Source: Leidyana gryllorum EB-2025a
Lineage: Eukaryota; Protista; Apicomplexa
Direction of reading: 5' to 3'
Length of the DNA stretch: 64,000 nucleotides
Assembly: GCA_048772705.1 (NCBI GenBank)
Contig: JBLWGC010000033.1
Location: 124,001-188,000 of the forward strand
The translations under genes were made by a program, and so were the position numbers. The first letter of the stretch is position 1. Every line of letters begins with the position of its first letter. Of the stretch, positions 36,737 through 46,061 are shown one piece after another. The notes under the pieces were generated by a model that was not told the origin of the DNA, ran no database searches, and saw only the letters and a program-made list of their open reading frames with translations.

Positions 36737-38739
36737 GACTCATATTGAGGAATAAGGTTTGCGGGTAAGTTCAAAGATTTCAAGCATTGTAAAATGGCAT
36801 AAGGTTACTCCAGCTGCTGCTCCTCCCTTGCGCTGGAAAATGTCGTTTCCGACTATTGTAGTGCTGAGGCTATAGCACGCTCCCGCATAAAAGGTGCGAA
36901 GTCTTTGCAGTGGAGGCACGTTGAGGATTGTTGTGACTCCAGTCTTCTCTGTGTCGAGGCGACGCTACAGTACATCTCAGGCCCGCATCCGTAATTGATC
37001 TCATTGAAAACTGATTTGTTCTTTGGAGTCGTAATGGGATGTTGGAGTGATGAGTTTCCGAGGCGGAGGGCCTACGACACATTCGGTCAGGCTGCCGACG
37101 CAGCGATGACGGACCCATTCATCAACAAGATGGAGGAATGAGCCCGCCTGTTGGCATTTAGGTCCCTGTGGGGGTACAGTGGCCAGCACTGGGACTCTGC
37201 GATTGGAACACAAGTCAACGGACGTGCGAGTGTTGCAAAGGGGGAGACTATTCGCTCAGGGAGACTTGAACCTCCGATGCAAAGGGATACTCTGCAGAGG
37301 TCTCCCCGGCCGGCAGCGAAGGCCGCGGACGGCTTCCGATTGCTCCCACAGCACCTTCGCTACCACGTGTGCATCCAACAAATCTGTCTGTGCTATGAAA
37401 GACAGTCGTCACCGATCCAAGAGGAAAACGGTATGACCAAAAAGCCCATAAACCCCGGTGATCTGGTCGGACCTGTAAGTGTTAACGGGAGGGTTCAGCT
37501 ACACATATCCAAACTCCTGGGAGTGCCTGATACCCACCCCACTCTTTCCTCCTCCGTCCCCTCCAGGATGAATATTGGCCCCATTGATGGATCATTGACG
37601 CTCTAAAATCACGAGAGAACGATCTAAAGCTGCCTTTGGCGAATCAAAAGAGAGGGGAATGGCGATACGGAGGATGTATTCCGATCGTTGATAGAGCTGC
37701 TGGTCCCCGGCTGGATTGCTCGACAGGTGTTTTCGGCTGCAATGGTACTCTTACCAATGTCCTCAAGGCCACCTCGCAGAGGAATTGGACGAAACTAACG
37801 CTACAGCAGCCTTTGGCCGAAGGCAAATCACTGTGGGAGAAACTGTCCAGCCCTGCTAATGTCATCGGGCAGTCTCACACAGTGAAACACCGTCGACCCC
37901 GTCCTCATGCCCGACGCGGTTGGCACAACGTGGTAGATGAGGCTCGGAACCGTTTGTCCCACACCCCATTTGCAGACTCAACAGAGTGTCTGTCTCAGGA
38001 CTGCTCTCAGAGTCGTCTGTTGCTCAACTGAACACAACACTCCACGGAGCGTTTATTGCGCAAATCACCAACGGAGAAGCTTCAGCTGCTCTCGGTGGGT
38101 GGTTTCGTATGCGCACTGTGGACACCGACATCCACCTCTGTATCTCTCGACTCGAAGAGACACAACGGCCGCGGATTGACTAAAATAAAGGCTGTCATTA
38201 CAAAAACTAAATCGGAAATTTTGGGGACCGCTCAGTGCTGCCGAGTGCCTTCCCCGAATTTCCCGCCACATCGAAGTTTCTGGATTACTCCACGTTGTGG
38301 GATGAAGAGCCGTGAGGAAGCAACCACGAAAAGAGAAGATTCTAAGTGATTGAAGTTCGCGGAAGGGAATCACGCAATGCTAAACAGCAAAAAGGAGAAT
38401 CTCTAGCTGAGATGGGCATCAGACCCATCGGGTTTTGTTGTACGCTGACGCAACCAAGCGTGCGTCAGCCGAGTGTGCCAAGAAGAACCCATCTTCTTGG
38501 GGCCATCGACCGATGATGGGTGGGGCGAGCAGGTGAAGCCCTCTCGCGTAGATGAAAGCGCCTCCCAGTGCGTTTGGGAGGGAGTCGGAGCCTCCAAACA
38601 GTGGACCCACCACCAGTTCGGAACCGGTGGTTGGTACCACAGCAGAGGCGATGTCGCTTTCTTTTTTGGTATGATCAGAACTGTTGTCATCTCGATTGGT
38701 GACAAAGAACCGACTTCAATTTCTCCTTCATATGAGGAA
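36737..38739 (+). repeat. Left arm of ~2-kb palindrome
   Basis: Near-identical reverse complement of 39153-41141; matching ORF translations on opposite strands (e.g. 37151-37606 vs 40133-40588). Confidence 0.95.
36790..38739 (+). pseudogene. Frameshifted paralogue of the FHA-like gene
   Basis: VLQRGRLFAQGDLNLRCK, GRVQLHISKLLG, GCIPIVD and KHRRPRPHARR occur in different frames and match the 42534-44213 protein in order. Confidence 0.85.
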
Positions 38740-39152
38740 AACCTCCTACGAGGAAAACATACATACACGTGGGGTGGGAAGCAAACCACCTGGTCAATTA
38801 GTGTTGACAGAGTTAACTGATGCCTTTGCACCTCATGCCCCAAAAGACTTCAGAGTAACTACTTAATGAACTGTGCACCTAAGAAGGCAGTCTTAGGTCT
38901 CATCGGGTTGTTGACTAAGGGGATTATTACAGTGATAGTGCCGGTCGTAAGCAGCGTGTAGCATTAGGATTAGCTATGTTCACCGGGTCTACTTAGCTCT
39001 AGTCTCTGACCTAAAAGGAGTTACTTCCTAACGCATGTTCCTCATATACATCTAATCTTTAACACCTTTTTATACGTTAGACTATCTCACTCAACAATAC
39101 GTTAGACTATGTCTCTCAACAACCAAATGATCTACTAAACAAGTAAACAGTG

Positions 39153-41090
39153 TTCCTCATATGAAGGAGAAATTGAAGTCGGTTCTTTGTCACCAATCGA
39201 GATGACGTACATTCGAATGCATCAAAAAAAGAAAGCGACATCGCCTCTGCTGTGGTACCAACCACCGGTTCCGAACTGATGGTGGGTCCACTGTTTGGAG
39301 GCTCCGACTCCCTCCCAACCCCACTGGGAGGCGCTTTCATCTACGCGAGAGGGCTTCACCTGCTCGCCCCACCCATCATCGGTCGATGGCCCCAAGAAGA
39401 TGGGTTCTTCTTGGCACACTCGGCTGACGCACGCTTGGTTGCGTCAGCGTACAACAAAACCCGATGGGTCTGATGCCCATCTCAGCTAGAGATTCTCCTT
39501 TTTGCTGTTTAGCATTGCGTGATTCCCTTCCGCGAACTTCAATCACTCAGAATCTTCTCTTTTCGTGGTTGCTTCCTCACGGCTCTTCATCCCACAACGT
39601 GGAGTAATCCAGAAACTTCGATGTGGTGGGAAATTCGGGGAAGGCACTCGGTAGCAGCTGAAGCTTCTCCGTTGGTGATTTGCGCAATAAACGCTCCGTG
39701 GACGTGTTGAGTTGAGTAACAGACGACTCTGAGAGCAGTCCTGAGACAGACACTCTGTTGAGTCTGCAAATGGGGTGTGGGACAAACGGTTCCGAGCCTC
39801 ATGTACCACGTTGTGCCAACCGCGTCGGGCATGAGGACGGGGTCGACGGTGTTTCACTGTGTGAGACTGCCCGATGACATTAGCAGGGCTGGACAGTTTC
39901 TCCCACAGTGATTTGCCTTCGGCCAAAGGCTGCTGTAGCGTTAGTTTCGTCCAATTCCTCTGCGAGGTGGCCTTGAGGACATTGGTAAGAGTACCATTGC
40001 AGCCGAAAACACCTGTCGAGCAATCCAGCCGGGGACCAGCAGCTCTATCAACGATCGGAATACATCCTCCGTATCGCCATTCCCCTCTCTTTTGATTCGC
40101 CAAAGGCAGCTTTAGATCGTTCTCTCGTGATTTTAGAGCGTCAATGATCCATCAATGGGGCCAATATTCATCCTGGAGGGGACGGAGGAGGAAAGAGTGG
40201 GGTGGGTATCAGGCAGCCCCAGGAGTTTGGATATGTGTAGCTGAACCCTCCCGTTAACACTTACAGGTCCGACCAGATCACCGGGGTTTATGGGCTTTTT
40301 GGTCATACCGTTTTCCTCTTGGATCGGTGACGACTGTCTTTCATAGCACAGACAGATTTGTTCGATGCACACGTGGTAGCGAAGGTGCTGTGGGAGCAAT
40401 CGGAAGCCGTCCGCGGCCTTCGCTGCCGGCCGGGGAGACCTCTGCAGAGTATCCCTTTGCATCGGAGGTTCAAGTCTCCCTGAGCGAATAGTCTCCCCCT
40501 TTGCAACACTCGCACGTCCGTTGACTTGTGTTCCAATCGCAGAGTCCCAGTGCTGGCCACTGTACCCCCACAGGGACCTAAATGCCAACAGGCGGGCTCA
40601 TTCCTCCATCTTGTTGATGAATGGGTCCGTCATCGCTGCGTCGGCAGCCTGACCGAATGTGTCGTAGGCCCTCCGACTCGGAAACTCATCACTCCAACAT
40701 CCCATTACGACTCCAAAGAACAAATCAGTTTTCAATGAGATCAATTACGGATGCGGGCCTGAGATGTACTGTAGCGTCGCCTCGACACAGAGAAGACTGG
40801 AGTCACAACAATCCTCAACGTGCCTCCACTGCAAAGACTTCGCACCTTTTATGCGGGAGCGTGCCATACCCTCAGCACCACAATAGTCGGAAACGACATT
40901 TTCCAGCGCAAGGGAGGGGCAGCAGCTGGAGTGACCTTATGCCATTTTACTATCAACCCAAGAGGAGTACGTTCGCATAGGTCGGTCAGTCACATATTAG
41001 ACGTGAAAATATTGCGGGGCACTGACGAGACCGTGAATGCGATCGAAAGAATACCGCTCTTGCCTTCGCGCCGGCACACACACACTTTCA
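39153..41090 (-). pseudogene. Second (inverted) copy of the frameshifted FHA-like paralogue
   Basis: Same fragments in ORFs 40303-40560, 40133-40588 and 39543-40103. Confidence 0.85.
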
Positions 41091-41141
41091 CAATGCTTGA
41101 AATCTTTGAACTTACCCGCAAACCTTATTCCTCAATATGAG
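39153..41141 (-). repeat. Right arm of ~2-kb palindrome
   Basis: Reverse complement of 36737-38739; 413-bp spacer at 38740-39152. Confidence 0.95.
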
Positions 41142-41386
41142 CCTCAGATTTACAATCGCAATGATCAGTGGTATCAGCAGTGGAGTTAAGTACGCAATGC
41201 CACCTGTCGTTCGCATTCCGCATCGCAAAGCGCGTTCTCCGGGACCAGCGGTCTTCACTCCACCCGGTCCACACCCGACCTGGTGGGTGTGGCTGCTGCC
41301 CTTTAGGAAAGAGCCCAAGGCCATTCCCTGGATCTTCCCGACAGGAGACCGCTCTTTGCCCAATGCGGTGAAGAGATAGGAACCCA

Positions 41387-42178
41387 TGTGTCAACTTCCA
41401 TCAAGTTGTCGTCAAGTTCGACTACCGGGCCAACCCACATAAGAGCCATTCTACAACCCAACGAGGGATTACTTTCGGAGTTAGTTACACCACAGACGTA
41501 ATGATCACGAGCGAAAAACAATTTCAATGTTTGCATCAGATCTCTTCATATTCGACTCTTTGAATGGCGATCAATTGGAGTCGCCATGGAGCGAACGCGC
41601 TTGCGCGATACTTGACGTCTTGGGGTGTTTCCGCAAACGGTTTTCCTCAACATGAGCCTCAGAATGGAGCAGAATAGAGCTTCAGATTCAAATCGCTACG
41701 ATTAGTGGTATTAACCCCCAAGTTAAATACGCAATGCCACCTGTCGTTCGCATTCCGCATCGCAAAGCGCGTTCTCCGGGACTAGCGGTCTTCACTCCAC
41801 CCGGTCCAGACCCGACCTGGTGGGTGTGGCTGCTGCCCTTTAGGGAAGAGCCCAAGGCCATTCCCTGGATCTTCCCGACAGGAGACCGCTCTTTGCCCAA
41901 TGCGGTGAAGAGATAGGAACCCTCTTGTTCCTACAAGAGGCCCATTGCCTCTTTTTCCTGCATCGCGTGGTGACCCACTTTTTGTGTTCGTGTCCTCGCC
42001 AATAACAATTAGTGATTCCTAGCACTGTGGCAATTCCACAGTGTTACACTCCAAATGTCATCGTAAGTCGACGCACACTCCCGTCCACAGAGTAAACAGC
42101 TCTGAATGGGGGGAAATCCTGGAGAAGCCCACAGCTGCACTGAGGGGCCCCAAAATTTCCGAATTAGTTTTGTAACGA
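41387..42178. repeat. ~790-bp direct repeat, copy 1
   Basis: TGTGTCAAC...TTTTGTAACGA, highly similar to 44530-45320 apart from a ~75-bp central patch. Confidence 0.92.
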
Positions 42179-42533
42179 GGTGACCAGTAGCTGACACCAC
42201 CAGAAGCCAGAGCGACAACGCAGCACAGGCGGAATAGTGCACCGCGGCGCTCAGCCAAGCCGAGGGATCGACGCTTACTGTTTTACACACACGCTTTTGG
42301 ATCGACACTTTCCGAACAACCACAAACTAAAACAACATTGCGATGCACCAACCGACCGGCAGCGCAGATCAGTTGAACCAGACCACCAGAAGCCAACCGC
42401 CGTCCTCACACATATTTGACCCAGCCAGATAGGACAATAACTTACAAATCAGTAGCAAGTGGCACTCGGGTAAGAACTGACAGTTGCCATCCAGTGTATC
42501 ACTTCGAGTTGAAAGTCTGTGGTGAGAAACGCT

Positions 42534-44213
42534 TCATTGGGAATCAGCTGCAGCCGCCAATTTCTTCCGGGTATGTGGTCGAGGGCGGCGATGTTTCGTC
42601 TGGTATTCCGATACTATATCCCACGTCATCTTGGTCTTGATATAGTGCTCTTCCTCTTTCAAAACTCGTTGTACCGCCGCCCGGTTGCTGGCAGTGTTCA
42701 AGTGGCCTTTGATTATGTCCTTGAAGGTACCGGTATACGCCATGGGCTCAATGGAATGCACAATATCAGGGGTGTGCGGGTCTATAATTGGTACGCACCC
42801 CTCACACCGTGTTGTTCTGGTGAGTGTGGTCTTGTAGAGCATCACCACCAAGACCGTCACAGTCTCTTTGTCCCGCTGTTGGGGTGCCGGAAGTCTCCAG
42901 CGGTGTCGCCAGAAAGTCTCGTAGGGGGGCGAGGCGGACGGGGTGAATGTCATCAGCCAGTTGGTGAGGCCGAGGAGCTCGGAGATGTGGAGGCGAACTC
43001 GGCCTTTGCCACTGGCCGCTCCTATGGGGAGAACGGAGAGAGGTACTCGCGTGTCCTCCCATTTCCCAATCCGCTCCGAAGTGACTTCAAGTTCGTAATC
43101 TAGTGTTCCTTGCTCCCACGGCTCCAGTCGCGCTCCAATAGTGGTGTGGCGTGAGTCCGACGCTGGACAATCACATGGGAGTTCTTCCACAACGGAGGCA
43201 GGCCGGCCGTGCACTAGAACTCGGTTGGTGACTGTTTGATTCCAACACGAGTACCCAGTAACCTCATATGGGGAACGGTCGTGCTTCAATAGAGCCTTCT
43301 GAGGTGCATGCTCGGCGTCAGGAAGACCGAGGCAGTAGAGACTCTTACAGCTAATCTCCAAATCTCCCTCCGCGAACATCACCCCCCTCTGTAGTAGTCG
43401 CAGCTCGGGGCCCCTGCCCTCTACAACCAGTTTGCCGGATGTCGCTATCATCCCCTTGATGTTCACCAGATCATTCTTCACCCGCAGTTTTATCTGCGCG
43501 TTGACCCCCACGGCGAGAATCGATGGTCGACCGGTAGTCGCATGAGTGGCACCAGATGATTTGGTCCAATAATCGACTCCGTTGACGAGGACCTGTGCAA
43601 CGATTGTCAATCGATTGCCAATCACGCTGCCATTATCTTTGTTGTTGAATCGACCGCGTACTTCAATCACCGCCGAATCCGCATACACTCTCGTGTCGTT
43701 TACAAAACTGTTCGTCACGATGCCAAGACTTCCTTGCACTTCGAGCTCCTTTGTCAGACTTAGCCGTGTTACTTCGAGTTTGAGATTGCCTTTAACGACG
43801 ACATGTGATGTAATTTCGAGAGCATCGGTTTTCAAAGTCAGATCGTTTTCGATCACAGTGTCGACGTCGAACAATACGCTCTTCACCTCAATAACAAGCG
43901 GGTACACTTTCGTGTATCCCGCCAGCTCGCTCAGTCTCACGCAAAGATGGCGGGCATCAACTTTCGCGGCTTGCAAACCGAGCAAGTCGTCGGGGTTGGT
44001 CTCAGCGGCCGAGTCCAACTCCTGTTCCCGGATCCTCATCTTCTCCGCGAGCGTCCGGTTCGCTCTTGGGGCTCGGGTGCGAGAACCCAAGAGAGGCTCC
44101 GCCACCACTGTCACATCCTTCGCAGACTGCTCGTCTCCATCCTGGAGTGCGCATTCGCTCGTTTCAAGGTCACACACAGACTCAGCTGGGCTATAAAAAA
44201 GCTCCATGGTCAT
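42534..44213 (-). CDS. Filamentous-haemagglutinin-like beta-helix repeat protein, probably truncated
   Basis: Intronless ORF (first ATG 44213) with ~19-aa periodic repeats: VIENDLTLKTDALEITSHV / VVKGNLKLEVTRLSLTKEL / EVQGSLGIVTNSFVNDTRV / YADSAVIEVRGRFNNKDNGSV / IGNRLTIVAQVLVNG, then DLVNIKGMIATSGKLVV and MFAEGDLEI. Confidence 0.65.
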   Translation of the reverse strand: MTMELFYSPAESVCDLETSECALQDGDEQSAKDVTVVAEPLLGSRTRAPRANRTLAEKMRIREQELDSAAETNPDDLLGLQAAKVDARHLCVRLSELAGYTKVYPLVIEVKSVLFDVDTVIENDLTLKTDALEITSHVVVKGNLKLEVTRLSLTKELEVQGSLGIVTNSFVNDTRVYADSAVIEVRGRFNNKDNGSVIGNRLTIVAQVLVNGVDYWTKSSGATHATTGRPSILAVGVNAQIKLRVKNDLVNIKGMIATSGKLVVEGRGPELRLLQRGVMFAEGDLEISCKSLYCLGLPDAEHAPQKALLKHDRSPYEVTGYSCWNQTVTNRVLVHGRPASVVEELPCDCPASDSRHTTIGARLEPWEQGTLDYELEVTSERIGKWEDTRVPLSVLPIGAASGKGRVRLHISELLGLTNWLMTFTPSASPPYETFWRHRWRLPAPQQRDKETVTVLVVMLYKTTLTRTTRCEGCVPIIDPHTPDIVHSIEPMAYTGTFKDIIKGHLNTASNRAAVQRVLKEEEHYIKTKMTWDIVSEYQTKHRRPRPHTRKKLAAAADSQ

Positions 44214-44433
44214 AAAACCTCCGGTTCCGCTTGTAGGCAGCGTGACTGACGATGAGTACCGCAATTCGCACAGACGTTAAAAAAGTCAGGCGCGCCTCTG
44301 ACTCTTTTGGAACCCAGCACAGCCCTTTCCAAAGTCCACCGCCCATCTGGCAGCATGACGAGCGGCCGCTAGGCTGAGTGTGTTACCCTTTTTAATATAC
44401 TCTAAAGAATAACGAACACTTGCACCCTTAGTT

Positions 44434-44518
44434 CCGGTTTCTCATAGTCCTTTCCTCTAGTAGTCCATCTAACGACCGGTTTCTCATAGTCCTTTCCTCT
44501 AGTAGTCCATCTAACGAC
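44434..44518. repeat. ~42-bp tandem duplication
   Basis: ccggtttctcatagtcctttcctctagtagtccatctaacga twice. Confidence 0.9.
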
Positions 44519-44529
44519 CAGACATCAAG

Positions 44530-45320
44530 TGTGTCAACTTTCATCAAGTTGTCGTCAATTTCGACTACCGGGCCAACCCACATAAGAGCCATTCTACAAC
44601 CCAACGAGGGATTACTTTCGGAGTTAGTTACACCACAGACGTAATGATCACGAGCGAAAAACAATCTCAATGTTTGCATCAGATCTCTTCATATTCGACT
44701 CTTTGAATGGCGATCAATTGGAGTCGCCATGGAGCGAACGCGCTTGCGCGATACTTGACGTCTTGATGTTTTCCGCAAACGGTTTTCCTCAACATGAGCC
44801 TTGAAATGGGGAGGTAATATTTGTCAAAGTTTGATTAAGTGACTGATTCCAGTGTTTATCGCTACAATCAGAATCATGCCACCTGTCATTCGCATTCCGC
44901 ATCGCAAAGCGCGTTCTCCGGGACCAGCGGTCTTCACTCCACCCGGTCCACACCCGACCTGGTGGGTGTGGCTGCTGCCCCTTAGGGAAGAGCCCAAGGC
45001 CCTTCCCTGGATCTTCCCGACAGGAGACCGCTCTTTGCCCAATGCGGTGAAGAGATAGGAACCCTCTTGTTCCTACAAGAGGCCCATTGCCTCTTATTCC
45101 TGCGAAAAGTGGTGACCCACTTTTCGTGTTCGTGTCCTCGCCAATAACAATTAGTGATTCCTAGCACTGTGGCAATTCCACAGTGTTACACTCCAAATGT
45201 CATCGTAAGTCGACGCACACTCCCATCCACAGAGTAAACAGCTGTGAATGGGGGAAAATCCTGGAGAAGCCCACAGCTGCACTGAGGGGCCCCAAAATTT
45301 CCGAATTGGTTTTGTAACGA
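44530..45320. repeat. ~790-bp direct repeat, copy 2
   Basis: Matches 41387-42178. Confidence 0.92.
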
Positions 45321-45329
45321 CGTCGCGGG

Positions 45330-45950
45330 TATATGATTTGTGAACCGTTACTGTCCTGTCTGGTTGGGTCGAGCAGAGGTGAATGCGTCGGTTGGTTTTC
45401 AGTGATCGAATCCTTTTGGTGCGGCGGAATGGTAGCTGGCATCATCTAACTGTAGTTTTTTGGTAGTCAATGTTCAATCACTCAATCAGTTAAAAACGCG
45501 TGTGTGTAAACGTGTGTCTCCCCGGACGGGTATGGCCGGGCACAAGGTGCTTTACTACGACTAAACTGCTTAATTCGGTGTCCATGAGCTATTTATTGGG
45601 TCCTTAAGACGTCGCTCCTACTGCTGGTAGTGTCAATCAGAAATAGACACAACATCATTTTTTGGATCAGTATAACCCCCGTTTGAACGAACAACGTCAC
45701 CATTTGGCCACAGTGATGGGGGGGGGGTTCAGATGTTGAGACTTTGCGCAGATTTTGTTCTGCACATAGCTGTGAACAAGAGTAGTGCCAAGCGATTATT
45801 GATTTGAGGGTCGCAGGTCGTAATCCAGACAGCCCTGTGGGTCCAGTGAGTATCTCAGGGACACGGGAGTTCACTTTGAAGCAGCTCAGCAATTCGAGTG
45901 AAACGCAACTCTCTGTATCCTGCCTGACCGGGCTGGGACAGGGCCAGCCC
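45330..45950 (+). pseudogene. Older plus-strand relics of the FHA-like gene family
   Basis: 45333-45400 resembles the reverse complement of 42385-42450; NPDSPVGPVSISGTREFTLKQL resembles NPGDLVGPVSVNGRVQLHISKL. Confidence 0.55.
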
Positions 45951-46061
45951 GACGCTGCCGACTGGTCCCCAGGCACTCGAACTCGGTTAGCGGAGGGTAT
46001 TCTCGCGCGGTTATGGGTGTTTGGAATAAGGGATTATTGGATGGCTATATTGTTTTTCGAG

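Noticed and set aside
38802-39121. TGTTG...CAACA copia-like LTR in the palindrome spacer
   Set aside because: No matching target-site duplication for any start/end combination I tried.
41137-45058. Repeated short plus-strand ORFs (MPPVVRIPHRKARSPG...) as a peptide family
   Set aside because: They are antisense to the decayed gene cassette; their similarity follows from DNA duplication.
41387-45320. Direct repeats as the LTR pair of a retrotransposon
   Set aside because: No TSD, no clear PBS or PPT, no gag/pol, the end is not CA, and the repeat is collinear with the 3' part of the FHA-like gene with homology running past its boundary in other copies.
36500-45320. CRISPR-like array
   Set aside because: Units are hundreds of bp long with no short constant repeat and unique spacers; no cas genes; eukaryotic context.
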